A stretch of 64,000 nucleotides of DNA from Waddliaceae bacterium (GTDB lineage Bacteria > Chlamydiota > Chlamydiia > Chlamydiales > SLFE01), in NCBI GenBank assembly GCA_963771045.1, contig CAVYRW010000004.1, forward strand, positions 96,001 through 160,000, in the 5' to 3' direction. The notes under the pieces are model-generated. The model worked only from the letters and a program-made list of their open reading frames with translations, did not search any database and was not told the origin of the DNA. The position numbers were made by a program, and so were the translations under genes. Shown here in pieces: positions 38,321 to 48,938 of this stretch (positions are counted from its first letter, which is position 1; the number at the start of each line of letters is the position of its first letter).

Positions 38321-39322
38321 TCAAGAACAGATTAACTGGGCGCATCTTTTCGCGGCATAGGTGAGGATGAAGTCCGCTCCGGCTCTTTTTATTGAAAGCA
38401 GGTGTTCCATTAAAACTTTGTCTGCATCAAGCCACCCCTTCTCCGCGGCTGCCAGAACCATCGCGTACTCCCCGCTTACATGGTAGGCGGCGACGGGCAG
38501 GTTTGTCCTTTCTCTTACTTTTGCGATGACGTCCAGGTAGCTAAGCGCCGGTTTGATCAGAAGAAAATCGGCGCCTTCTTCCTCATCCAGGGCGCTCTCT
38601 ATGAGAGCTTCTCTGATATTTGCGGGATTCATCTGGTAGGTTTTTTTGTCTCCAAATTTCAGGCTTGAACCCAGAGCGTCTCGGAAAGGGCCGTAGAGCG
38701 ATGAAGCATATTTTGCCGCGTAGGACAAAATGCCAACGTGTGTCAATCCCTCTGCATCCAGACGTTTTCGGATATGGCCCACCCTTCCGTCCATCATATC
38801 GCTCGGCGCGATCACATCGGCGCCGGACTCTGCGGCAAGAACAGACATGTCCGCAAGGACCTGAAGGGTCCGGTCATTGTCAATTTCTCCTTGTTCGGTC
38901 GCAAGGCCGTCGTGGCCGTGATCCGTATAGGGATCGAGGGCAATATCGGCCATCAGGCACATTTCGGGAATTTCGCTTTTCAGCCTCTTTAAGGATTGCT
39001 CCAAAAGATTGCCGGGCCGCACAGCCTCGGAGCCGGCAGCATCTTTTCTTTCGTAAGGGATAACGGGGAAAAGGTCGACCGCCCGAATTCCCAGCCTGTA
39101 AAGTTCGATGGCCTCTTTCACTAGTCCGTCCGGAGAATAGCGAAAAACTCCCGGAAGAGAAGCAATCGGCTCTTTATTATTGGAAATTTCAGCAACAAAA
39201 AGCGGAGCGGCAAGATTTGCCGGAATCAATGCCGTTTCCTGAGTAAGGGATCTGATCGCTGGAGATCTGCGGCCTCGCCTTGGGCGGCGTATGAGAAACT
39301 CGGGAGCTGATGTTTTAATCAT
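38321..39322 (-). CDS. hemB: Porphobilinogen synthase
   Basis: DIALDPYTDHGHDG, APSDMMDGR, YGPFRDA, IKPA, YHVSGEY. Confidence 0.97.
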   Translation of the reverse strand: MIKTSAPEFLIRRPRRGRRSPAIRSLTQETALIPANLAAPLFVAEISNNKEPIASLPGVFRYSPDGLVKEAIELYRLGIRAVDLFPVIPYERKDAAGSEAVRPGNLLEQSLKRLKSEIPEMCLMADIALDPYTDHGHDGLATEQGEIDNDRTLQVLADMSVLAAESGADVIAPSDMMDGRVGHIRKRLDAEGLTHVGILSYAAKYASSLYGPFRDALGSSLKFGDKKTYQMNPANIREALIESALDEEEGADFLLIKPALSYLDVIAKVRERTNLPVAAYHVSGEYAMVLAAAEKGWLDADKVLMEHLLSIKRAGADFILTYAAKRCAQLICS

Positions 39323-39343
39323 GGTTTGCTATACTCCAAGTTG

Positions 39344-40087
39344 ATGATAAGTATTACTATACTAACGAAAAACAGTGAAAAGCATCTAGAAAAAGTTTTA
39401 GATGCGCTTGCCGATTTCGACGAAGTGCTGATCTACGATACCGGCTCGGGAGATAAAACACTGGAAATCGTCTCGAGGTATTCCAATACTCGAGTATTTG
39501 AAGGTCCGTTTGAAGGTTTTGGAGCCGCTCATAATCAAGCTTCGCAAATGGCCAGTCACGACTGGATTTTGTCGATCGACAGCGACGAGGTTCTCACTCC
39601 CGAATTAAAAGAAGAGATCTTCAATCTGCAACTGGATCCTTTAGCCGTCTATTCATTTCCTCGCAAGAATTACTACAACGGGAAGTGGATCAAATGGTGC
39701 GGCTGGCATCCGGACCGCGTCGTTCGTTTATACAACAAAAAGAAGACAAGGTTTACCTCTTCCAATGTTCATGAAAGGGTGGTTGCCGACGGGTTCAAGC
39801 ATTGCCGGCTGAAGGAAGCTGTGAAGCATTACCCCTACGGCGGCACGGCGGATTTTCTCTCAAAAATGCAGCATTATTCGGAATTGTTCGCCCGCCAAAA
39901 TGCCGGGAAAAAAAAGTCGTCGTTTTTTAAGGCTCTCTTCCGCTGCTGGTTTGCCTTCTTTAAAAGTTTTTTTCTCAAGCGGGGATTTCTTGGCGGAAAG
40001 GAGGGTTTCATCATTTCCCTCTATAACGCCAATACCGCGTTTTACAAGTATGTAAAACTTAGTGAAGCGAATCAACGAGAATCTTGA
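39344..40087 (+). CDS. GT2 glycosyltransferase (WaaE/KdtX-like)
   Basis: DTGSGDKT, WILSIDSDE, VHE, KRGFLGG. Confidence 0.9.
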   Translation: MISITILTKNSEKHLEKVLDALADFDEVLIYDTGSGDKTLEIVSRYSNTRVFEGPFEGFGAAHNQASQMASHDWILSIDSDEVLTPELKEEIFNLQLDPLAVYSFPRKNYYNGKWIKWCGWHPDRVVRLYNKKKTRFTSSNVHERVVADGFKHCRLKEAVKHYPYGGTADFLSKMQHYSELFARQNAGKKKSSFFKALFRCWFAFFKSFFLKRGFLGGKEGFIISLYNANTAFYKYVKLSEANQRES

Positions 40088-41102
40088 GTATTTTCCTATG
40101 TCCCGATGAAAAAGGAAGGCGTTGGATCTCTGTTTGGGAAACCCAAAAATAATCTGTGCATTCGGGAGTTTCAGTGACCCGGTAAACAAGCGGGGTCAAT
40201 TCGGCTCGAAATCTGGTAAAAGAATGTTTGACTTTCGGAAGTTTTTGTTTGAACCGAGGCACAAGGCGCCATCGTTTTTTTATGCACCTCAATGCTTCTT
40301 TGGGTTCAAGCCCTTTTTCTTCGGTTTCAATGTAGGGAAATTCATGCAGGTCCTGCATAACCTTTCCTTCGGCGCCTTTTGTTATGAGTATCTTGTCCTT
40401 TGACTGAAGAATGAAGACGGTACGGTTTAACTTTTCATATTTGATTTTTGCCGCTTTCACGGGAAATTCTTTTTCTCTCCCCAGTTTATAAGCCTGGCAG
40501 CCGCTCTGTAGAGGGCACCCTTCGCATTCGGGCTTTTTTCGGCAGACAGTGGCCCCCAGTTCAATGAGCGCTTCCATGGCTTCCCAAGGCTTGTCTTCGG
40601 GAAGGAGGCTTAAGACATGATTTTTTATGGCGGCATAAGTCTTTGGTTTGTCGATATCTTCCTCGATAGCAAAAAGACGCGCGATCACCCGTTTGACATT
40701 GCCGTCGACAGCAGCCTCCTTTTGTTTGAATGCAAAGCTTAAAATCGCTCCGGCTGTATAATCTCCGATCCCTTTAATTTTAAGAAGGGCGTCCTTTTTT
40801 TTCGGAAGCTCGCCGCTGTGCTGCCGGAGAATCATTTTGGCACCGGCATGAAGATTTCTGGCTCTTGAATAATACCCTAAACCCTCCCACGTTTTAATTA
40901 CCGCATCCATCGGAGCTTCAGCTAAATCTTTGACTGTTGGATAAACAGCCATCCATTTTTCAAAGTAAGGAATGACGACCGGCGCGAGAGTTTGCTGGAG
41001 CATCACTTCAGAGATCCAGACGCGGTAGGGAGTCGGAGAAACTCTCCAGGGGAGGGCTCGTTTATTTCTTTCAAACCATTTTTTTAATTTCTCGATTTCC
41101 AT
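40059..41102 (-). CDS. mutY: A/G-specific adenine glycosylase
   Basis: SEVMLQQT, WEGLGYYSRARNL, VDGNV, 4Fe-4S Cys motif. Confidence 0.96.
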   Translation of the reverse strand: MEIEKLKKWFERNKRALPWRVSPTPYRVWISEVMLQQTLAPVVIPYFEKWMAVYPTVKDLAEAPMDAVIKTWEGLGYYSRARNLHAGAKMILRQHSGELPKKKDALLKIKGIGDYTAGAILSFAFKQKEAAVDGNVKRVIARLFAIEEDIDKPKTYAAIKNHVLSLLPEDKPWEAMEALIELGATVCRKKPECEGCPLQSGCQAYKLGREKEFPVKAAKIKYEKLNRTVFILQSKDKILITKGAEGKVMQDLHEFPYIETEEKGLEPKEALRCIKKRWRLVPRFKQKLPKVKHSFTRFRAELTPLVYRVTETPECTDYFWVSQTEIQRLPFSSGHRKILKILVDSLH

Positions 41103-41234
41103 AAGGACAAATGTTAACAATCCAAGAACTTTTTTTTCTAAACATATTTCTGTTTGAATTTTAAGAGTATAAACGATACTCTCGTTAGGTAGTATTTCAG
41201 TAAGTATTCCAAAAATTATTGCGAGGTTGTGTGA

Positions 41235-43391
41235 ATGCCCTATCTTGAGGAGTTCAAAAATCGAATCCATCAAAATGACTTTCCAGGGTTCTTGCAGCTA
41301 TGGGAAGAATATGCGAATGGAGATAGCGTCAGTCCTGATGAATTTAACGAGATTCTTGAGAGGATTCAGGGCTCGGACTTTGCATCAAAATTCGGACAGT
41401 ATGTCGAGACAGCGCTGCCGCTTTGGTCGATTATTGAAGAAAAGGAAGCATCTTATACTATTCTCAGACGGTTGCTTGATTTGCAAAGCACTAATACCCC
41501 TCTTTTTCAGGAATTGGCCATTAAAGCTTTGCAGCAAAGGTATGGAGACACCCCCCAGTTCGACATACGCCTTCGCCTAGTCGGCCTAAGGGGCGTGGGA
41601 AATTTCCAGGGGGCTCTTTCCAATTTCGACCTGCTGGTTCATATGGGCAAAGGAAAATTTGTTTATCATACCGCTGGCTGGGGAACGGGGGAGATTATTG
41701 AAATTTCTCTGATAAGAGAACAGTTGGTCATTGAATTTGAAAATGTTTTGGGAAAAAGGGATCTTTCGTTTGAAAATGCTTTTAAAACATTGAAGCCCTT
41801 GCCAGACGATCATTTTCTTGCACGTCGTTTTGGGAATCCCGACAAATTTGAAGGAGAGGCCAGAAAAGATCCGACTGAGGCAGTCAAGCGCATTTTGAAA
41901 GATCTTGGTCCGAAAACAGCCTCGGAGATCAAGGACGAGTTGTGCGAGCTGGTCATACCGGAAGAAGATTGGACAAAATGGTGGCAAAGCGCCAGGCAGA
42001 AGCTCAAGAAAGACACTATGATAGCAGTGCCCGCCTCTTTGCAGGAGCCTTTTTTCTTAAGGGATGCGGAGGTTTCTCATGAAGACAGGTTCCATAAAGA
42101 GATTTTTCAGGCAAAACAAGCCGGAGATATCATTCTGGCGACTTATAATTTTGTCAGGGATTTTCCGAATATGCTTAGCAAAGACGATGTGACATCATCG
42201 ATCAGGGAAAAACTTATGGAATTATTGAATCTGCCCGATCTGACGATCGATCAGGAAATTCAGATATTGCTGTTTTTCGAAAATTTTCTCAATTCTTCCA
42301 TTAAAGATAAACCCTTGAAAGATGCGGTCCAATCTTTAGATAATCCTGGAAAAATTGTCGAGGATATCCAAATATTAGCTTTAAAAAAACGGCTGCTATC
42401 AGCGATTCGCAATTTCCGGCCCGATTGGGAGGAGATCTTTTTGGATGCTCTTTTCAATCTCCAACAGAATCAGCTTCGCGATTACATATTAAAAGAACTA
42501 TCCGGCAAGGAGACAATCAGAAAACTCGAGCACAAATTGGAAGAACTCCTCTATCATCCATTCAAATATCCCGAAGCTTTTGTCTGGTATTTTCAAAAGC
42601 TTGTTTCGCAACCCGGCGAGCTTTTTGCCGACAAGAGCGCTCAATGCGAATTTTTAGAGGCTTTCCTGATTTTGCTGCATCAGATCGAACAAAAATTGAA
42701 ATACCGGGATCTGGTGAAAAAGATGTACCATATTCTGACTAACAAACGTTTTCAGGTCGTCCGCCAGATAATTGAAGGATCGAGTCTAGAGTTCATACAG
42801 GAATTCATTCTTCTTGTGACTAAATGTCAAACGTTTAACAACCACGATCTCAAGATTATGCGAGCTCTTGCCGAAGTGGTTCATCCTTCGATTGCCGAAG
42901 ATAAGAAACAAGTCAGCCGAGAAGAGGAGCATTTCATCTGGACGACAGAAGATGGATATCGAAGAACCCATAATCGAATCGAACAGCTTGGAACTGTGGA
43001 AATTGTGGAAAATGCCAGAGAGATTGAGAAAGCCAGGTCTCTAGGAGATTTGAGAGAGAATTCCGAGTATAAATTTGCTCTGGAAAAGCGGGCCCGCCTT
43101 CAAGGGGAGCTGAAAATGTTGTCAGACCAATTAAATCGTGCTAGGATCATAACGACACAGGATGTTCCCTCAAACGAGATAGGAGTAGGCACTGTCGCCG
43201 AACTGGTCAATTCCCAGGGAGAGAAGTTGACTTATACAATATTAGGTCCCTGGGATGCCGATCCCGACCGAAATATTTTGTCTTTCCAATCCAAACTTGC
43301 CCAGGAAATGAGAGGGCTCAAATCGGGGGACAAGTTTACTTTCCGGCACGAAACATATACTGTGTCAAGTATTCAGAGTTTTATGAAATAA
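41235..43391 (+). CDS. greA: Chlamydial extended GreA transcription elongation factor
   Basis: C-terminal GDLRENSEY; long chlamydia-specific N-terminus. Confidence 0.93.
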   Translation: MPYLEEFKNRIHQNDFPGFLQLWEEYANGDSVSPDEFNEILERIQGSDFASKFGQYVETALPLWSIIEEKEASYTILRRLLDLQSTNTPLFQELAIKALQQRYGDTPQFDIRLRLVGLRGVGNFQGALSNFDLLVHMGKGKFVYHTAGWGTGEIIEISLIREQLVIEFENVLGKRDLSFENAFKTLKPLPDDHFLARRFGNPDKFEGEARKDPTEAVKRILKDLGPKTASEIKDELCELVIPEEDWTKWWQSARQKLKKDTMIAVPASLQEPFFLRDAEVSHEDRFHKEIFQAKQAGDIILATYNFVRDFPNMLSKDDVTSSIREKLMELLNLPDLTIDQEIQILLFFENFLNSSIKDKPLKDAVQSLDNPGKIVEDIQILALKKRLLSAIRNFRPDWEEIFLDALFNLQQNQLRDYILKELSGKETIRKLEHKLEELLYHPFKYPEAFVWYFQKLVSQPGELFADKSAQCEFLEAFLILLHQIEQKLKYRDLVKKMYHILTNKRFQVVRQIIEGSSLEFIQEFILLVTKCQTFNNHDLKIMRALAEVVHPSIAEDKKQVSREEEHFIWTTEDGYRRTHNRIEQLGTVEIVENAREIEKARSLGDLRENSEYKFALEKRARLQGELKMLSDQLNRARIITTQDVPSNEIGVGTVAELVNSQGEKLTYTILGPWDADPDRNILSFQSKLAQEMRGLKSGDKFTFRHETYTVSSIQSFMK

Positions 43392-43400
43392 AGAGGTTTC

Positions 43401-44012
43401 ATGGAAATTGTCCTTGCCAGCCGCAATGTTCACAAAATACGTGAATTTCGCGACATGTTGCGTCTCATTCTCGGTTTGGATGTCGACTCATTGCTCAGCT
43501 TTCCCGATTATTCCCCTCCTCCCGAAACAGGTGAAACATTTGAGGAGAATGCCGAGATCAAGGCGGTGCATGCCGCTAAGGCTTTGGATAAAATTGTCCT
43601 TGCCGACGACTCGGGCCTTGTTGTCCCTGTTTTACAGGGGGCGCCCGGAGTGTACTCAAGGCGTTTTGCAGGCGACGAGGCAACAGATAGAGAAAACCGG
43701 CTCAAGTTGTTGGATAAACTGAAAGGAAAAACGGGAATCGAACGGCAGGCGTATTTCGAATGCAGCCTGGTCCTGGCTGGTCCCGAAGGGGTGCTGAAAA
43801 AAGCCAGGGGCCACGTTGAGGGATACATTGCCGAAGAGGAAAAAGGAAGAAACGGCTTTGGGTACGACATGATTTTCATCAAGCACGATTATGATAAAAC
43901 CTTTGGCGAGCTTAGCGAAGATGTAAAAAACCGCATTTCACACCGCAGCAAAGCCATTTCAATGCTTTCTCCCGTTCTTGGAAAGCCTAGCGCTCCGACA
44001 AGTTTAAACTGA
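43401..44012 (+). CDS. rdgB: Non-canonical purine NTP pyrophosphatase
   Basis: ADDSGL, PGVYSRR, GFGYD, SHR. Confidence 0.95.
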   Translation: MEIVLASRNVHKIREFRDMLRLILGLDVDSLLSFPDYSPPPETGETFEENAEIKAVHAAKALDKIVLADDSGLVVPVLQGAPGVYSRRFAGDEATDRENRLKLLDKLKGKTGIERQAYFECSLVLAGPEGVLKKARGHVEGYIAEEEKGRNGFGYDMIFIKHDYDKTFGELSEDVKNRISHRSKAISMLSPVLGKPSAPTSLN

Positions 44013-44473
44013 TGGTATCTTACCACATAGATCTGTGTTTAAATTTGGTTCTTCACAAGAACCAAAAATCCTCACTACTCACTAAGTATTTTTCAACCAA
44101 CTTTCAATCGCATATATTAAGTATTTTTCTTATTTAGAAAGCCGACTTTTTGCTATTGCCTGCTAATTTAATTTTTAGGTAAGATGCTTCATAAACCACA
44201 GGAGGTTTCGCAAATGCAAGTTACAGAAAGTTTTGATATCAAGGATGCCCTTCACAATCAATATCACTCACTTCCGGAAAATAGCGGCAGCAATAGAAAA
44301 ACCTATTTAATGCTTGAAAAAGGAACTACAAAAATTGGCGTGGAAATGTTAAAAAAAGCTCCGGAAAAAGTACCGGAAGGGTGGCACGCCCCCCTCTCTA
44401 AGCAAATTGCGGAAGTGGAAGTAACACCTTCCAACGACAGCGTCGAAAAAGCTGTCGGTTCGTGGTTCAAATC

Positions 44474-45712
44474 CAGGGAAATTGCATGAAGAAATGATTT
44501 GACATGTCAAGCCAGATTTTGAAGACTTTACCTTCTTAAAATGGAGGTATATAATGTCATCTCAAAATCTTATAAGTGAGACATCAATCATGATTAGCTT
44601 TTCCGTCCTGCCTGATCCTAGGGAATCGAGAAATCAAAAATATCCGTTATTCGATATTTTAACTATAGCCATACTCGGGGTTCTTTGTGGTGCCGATGAC
44701 TGGGTTGATGTCGCCTTATGGGGCGAATCTAACCAAGACTGGCTTAAACAGTACGGCATTGGAGAAAATGGTACTCCTTCACATGATACTTTTAGTCGTT
44801 TTTTCCGCTATGTAGACCCTGTTGCATTCGAAAAATGTTTCCTCTCTTGGACCCAGAAAATTTCTAAAGCCGTTGAAGGTGTCATAGCTTTGGATGGAAA
44901 GACTATTTGCAACTCTAAAAGTTGCGGTACACAAGCTATTCATTTGGTAAGCGCATTCTCAGCCGAGAATGATCTTGTATTAGGGCAATTGGCCACTGAG
45001 GCCAAATCAAATGAGATAACAGCATTTCCATTATTGATTGAGATGTTGGATTTAAAAAAAGCTACTGTGACAATAGATGCAGCTGGCTGCCAAAAAACAA
45101 TCGCATCTCTAATCCGCGAAAAAGGAGGCGATTACGTATTCGGACTTAAGAGGAATCAGGAAAATTTATACGCTGAAGCGGAACATTTTTTTAATCAAGC
45201 GCTTAACCTTAAGCCGGAAGAAGCTGAATGTGAATACTATATAACGGAGGAAAAATCAAGAAATCGTTTTGAGAAAAGAGAGGTGTGGGTAACATCGAAT
45301 CTTGATTGGTTGCCGCAAGTGGAAGAATGGAAAGGTTTATCATCTCTGGCTTGTGTAAGGAGCACAAGGATTGTAAAAGAGAAAGAGACAGTAGAGCTAA
45401 GGTATTATATATCAAGTATAAAGGGCGATGCGGAAAGAATAGGAAAAGCCATAAGGAGTCATTGGTCGATTGAAAACAAACTTCATTGGCAGCTTGATGT
45501 TTCTTATGGAGAAGATGGAAGCAAAGTTCGAAAAGATAATGGTGCGGAAAATTTTTCGATAATTCGACGATCAACTTTGAATTTACTTAAAGCAGACAAG
45601 AAAACAAAAGCAGGTATCAAAAATAAGCGATCAAAAGCAGGTTGGAATAAGCAGTATATGATAAATATTTTGACGGGAAAGTGTTAAATAATTTCTTCAT
45701 GCAATTTCCCTG
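44474..45712 (+). mobile_element. ISAs1-family element copy 2 with 10-bp target duplication
   Basis: IRs CAGGGAAATTGCATGAAGAAAT; GGTTCAAATC at 44464-44473 and 45713-45722. Confidence 0.95.
44554..45687 (+). CDS. ISAs1-family transposase
   Basis: Same 377 aa as 7795..8928 apart from CSAD versus CGAD. Confidence 0.95.
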   Translation: MSSQNLISETSIMISFSVLPDPRESRNQKYPLFDILTIAILGVLCGADDWVDVALWGESNQDWLKQYGIGENGTPSHDTFSRFFRYVDPVAFEKCFLSWTQKISKAVEGVIALDGKTICNSKSCGTQAIHLVSAFSAENDLVLGQLATEAKSNEITAFPLLIEMLDLKKATVTIDAAGCQKTIASLIREKGGDYVFGLKRNQENLYAEAEHFFNQALNLKPEEAECEYYITEEKSRNRFEKREVWVTSNLDWLPQVEEWKGLSSLACVRSTRIVKEKETVELRYYISSIKGDAERIGKAIRSHWSIENKLHWQLDVSYGEDGSKVRKDNGAENFSIIRRSTLNLLKADKKTKAGIKNKRSKAGWNKQYMINILTGKC

Positions 45713-46009
45713 GGTTCAAATCCCAGTTGAGATGGTATCCGAGTATCTACGATTATAGAAATGCTTTTTATAAGGTTACAATTAATAACAAGGAACTTGA
45801 ATTGCCGAAACCGGCCAAATATGAAGAATAGATTTTATGAAAAAATGTGCATTTTTTGTTCTATGAGGAGACAAACAACATTGGATTTTAACATTTTTTT
45901 ACCAATATTTACCCCACGACAGGAAATTGCCTGCTGGCCTAAATGATTTTCTCTCCAAGGCGACGATGACGATATGACATAAATCACGGCCAATTTAAAG
46001 TTCTACTTT

Positions 46010-46078
46010 AGAGCCACTTGCAAAACTTCGGCAAAATAGCTCAAAATTCGGTTTTGCCGGAGTTTTGCAAGTGGCTCT
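46010..46078. repeat. Short member of palindrome family A
   Basis: AGAGCCACTTGCAAAACT...AGTTTTGCAAGTGGCTCT; shares CGGCAAAATAGCTCAAAA with the reverse complement of the 23.5-kb copy. Confidence 0.8.
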
Positions 46079-46105
46079 TTAGATTAGCCGTGATTGTTTA
46101 ATTTG

Positions 46106-46651
46106 TTAACACCGTTGGAACCGGTGCAGTTTCGTCAGGCCATAGGTCCTGATATCGAGAAGAATCAATGTCTCAAAGGACTCGGAATTGATATCGGTTC
46201 CCTCTTCAATGAAGAGAAGCCCTCCTTTGGCAAGGAGGGAGGATCGGTCGAGGGCGTGGAGGAGTTTTTCCCCGATCCCTTGGCTATAGGGGGGGTCGGC
46301 GTAGATGATGTCGAAGGTCTCGGCCCCTTCCATCTTAGAGAGATGTTTTAATACATCGCCGAATAGTAGCCTGGTTTGATCCCGCAGGGAAAGGGCATCG
46401 ATATTTTGAAGGATGCTCTGCTTTGCGTCGCGGCTGCTTTCGATAAGCACCGCTGACTCGGCTCCCCGGCTTAAGGCTTCAAAAGACATGACGCCTGATC
46501 CGGCAAACAGATCCAAAAATCGGGCTTGGTCAATTTTCGACTGGCAAATGTTGAAAATCGCTTCCCGAACTTTAGATGGAGTGGGTCTGGTTTTCCGCCC
46601 CTTCGGGGTGACTATTTTTCGATTCTTGAACCGGCCGGCTGTGATTCTCAT
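46106..46651 (-). CDS. rsmD: 16S rRNA m2G966 methyltransferase
   Basis: MRITAG, TRPT, LDLFAGSG, ADPPY. Confidence 0.95.
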   Translation of the reverse strand: MRITAGRFKNRKIVTPKGRKTRPTPSKVREAIFNICQSKIDQARFLDLFAGSGVMSFEALSRGAESAVLIESSRDAKQSILQNIDALSLRDQTRLLFGDVLKHLSKMEGAETFDIIYADPPYSQGIGEKLLHALDRSSLLAKGGLLFIEEGTDINSESFETLILLDIRTYGLTKLHRFQRC

Positions 46652-48864
46652 ATTTTTTTACGTTGAACTCAACTACTTTAGTTTCTCCCGAAGGCGAGCT
46701 GATATGCAGCAGGTATTTTCCGGTCGGCCAGCCTTGGGATGGCGCTGTAAACACATAGTTTACCACAGATTCTCCCGGTTTGTCGAGTACGGCCGATACC
46801 GGCGGGATGTTCGAATTGGATTTGACATGCTCTAAAACCGCCTCAACTTGATCTCCTCTATCGCCGTTTTCGTATAAAAACATTGACTGTGATTTCCTTA
46901 TCCTGAGGGGAAAAAACAACTTTTGGATCGGTCACAATGCCGTCGAGTCCAATTTCGGTTCCCATCTGCACTTTTGAAATCTCAAGGGGGTTTTGGTTTT
47001 TGCGAATGTCGTCTTTATCCCTGTACATTTTTATGCTCAGGATTTTCCACTGATTATTTTCTCGGATCAGACGATATTGATAAGTATTTTTATCTCCGGA
47101 TAGCCCCTCGGCGACGACTGCTGCTGAGATGAAACTAGGCTTAAAGCTAAGGTCGATTACCTGGATCTCTTTATTTTTTCCCAGTTCCGGATGCCTGGAG
47201 ACATATTTCTGAAAGGCGTCAAAGGAGGCCGCTTCCTGGAATTGTTTAGAAACAAAAGCGTAGTAGGCTTTCGACAGGTCGTCTGCTCTTAGGGCTTTGA
47301 ATTGGTCATCGATCAACTGTTTGATTTCTTTTTCATTTTCAGGCGTGTCCTGAACATTGGTCAGGATTTGTATGCCCCAGATTTTCCAGTCGCCGTCCTG
47401 CTTGATCAGCCGATAGTCAACCTCGGAGGTTTCATCATTAGATTGAAGAGCTATTCGGATCAATCTTAACTTCCCCTCTTGCATGCCTTGGCCGATCGTG
47501 GCTTCCTTTTGTTTGGTAAAGATAGGATAATCTTTGAGAAATGCCTGAAAATCTTCAAATGAAGTGTTATTTTGAAAGTCCTGAGCGGTAAAGGCATAGT
47601 AGGCTTTGGAGATGTCCTCTTCCCTTAAAGCTTTCAACTGGCTTTCGATGACGTCGACTAGCTCGGCTTTTTCCTTGTCTGTAATCGGAGGATGATAAGC
47701 CGATTCCTCAACTCTTATCCCCCAGATTTTCCAATCTCCGTCTTGCTTTGCCAGCCAATAGTCGACATCGCTGTCCCCTTTTTCAGTGGTCAGAATAATC
47801 ATAAAATGCACTAGGCCGTCTTTTTCCGTTTGACTTTCAACTTTCATGGAACTGAATTTGACAAATTCAGGATAATTTTTAATAAATTTTTCAAAATCCT
47901 CTTCAGATGTCGCTTTGGTAAATTCATGAGAGACATAGTCGCTGTAGGCTTTGGGAATGTCGCCTTTTTTAAGATCCTGAAGTTGGTCATTAATTGTTTT
48001 GAGCGCGCCGCTCACCGTGCTTTGAGATTGATTCTTTTCATAGTCTGCGTTGTCGCTCACTTCATAAGCATCTACCGGCTTCGGCCCATTTACTTCAATG
48101 GCCCAAATTTTCCATTGTCCTCTGTCTTTCTCCAGCCAATATTGTAAATCTTGAATATCTTCATCCGATATCAATGATAAGTTAAGCTGTTTGAGTCCGT
48201 TGTCTTCCTTAATTTCTCCAAATCGAATTGAGTCGAATTGGACAAGCTCGGGATTTTCCCGGACGATAGTCTCAAATTCTTCATAGGGAACAATTTTTTT
48301 AAATTCTTCCGAGAGATAATTTTTATAAGCTCCTTTGATATTTCGATATTTTAAGTCAAGAAGATGGTCCTGAACGACTTTTACCAGGTGTTCGCTGTTG
48401 GCATTCTGCGACTGTATTCTGGGCTTTTGTTCGAAGGACATTGCGATCTGTTCCGACATTGTCTGGATGCTGTCGATTTTCCATTCCCCATACTCTTTGC
48501 TCATCCGATAAATAATTGGAACTAAAGAGCCTTCATTTGTTTTAAGCTCTCCAGACAGAGTGGCATGATCCCCCCGTATGTTTTCTCCGAAGAAATCGAC
48601 CGAGTCATTATCTGTTAAAATGGGGCGGGCTTTGACCCAATTTCGGAATTGTTCGAGGGTATTTTGTTCCTGATAGTTATCCGAGGTGTAAAGATAATAG
48701 CCCCGGGAGTAATTGCCTCTCTTTAATGCAGTCAGTTGATTTTTCGCTGTTTGAGTCAAGGTCTGCTTGGATTCCTCCAGAACATAATAGCCGACGCCGG
48801 CTATGATCATGAGGGCGATGATAAAGAATCCAAACCAGAAGATTGTATGCTTTTTTTGCTTCAT
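46650..48864 (-). CDS. Membrane-anchored protein with five DUF4864/NTF2-like repeats; C-terminus frameshifted near 46880
   Basis: N-terminal TM; five units QLxALxxxDxxKAY...WKI. Confidence 0.75.
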
Positions 48865-48938
48865 ATGGGGGAAATCCTATTGGGTCATGTTTATTTAAGA
48901 TAAATGCCGAAGGACAATTAATTTTGCAAGGGGCTCGC

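Larger units (their letters stand above)
44184..45831 (+). pseudogene. Hypothetical gene interrupted by ISAs1 copy 2
   Basis: Removing the IS restores ...GSWFKS-QLRWYPSIYDYRNAFYK... Confidence 0.55.

Noticed and set aside
41235..43391. Unusually large GreA
   Set aside because: This is a known feature of Chlamydiae.
44454..44480. GGTTCAAATCC resembling a tRNA T-loop, present twice
   Set aside because: No cloverleaf forms; it is the ISAs1 target duplication inside an ORF.
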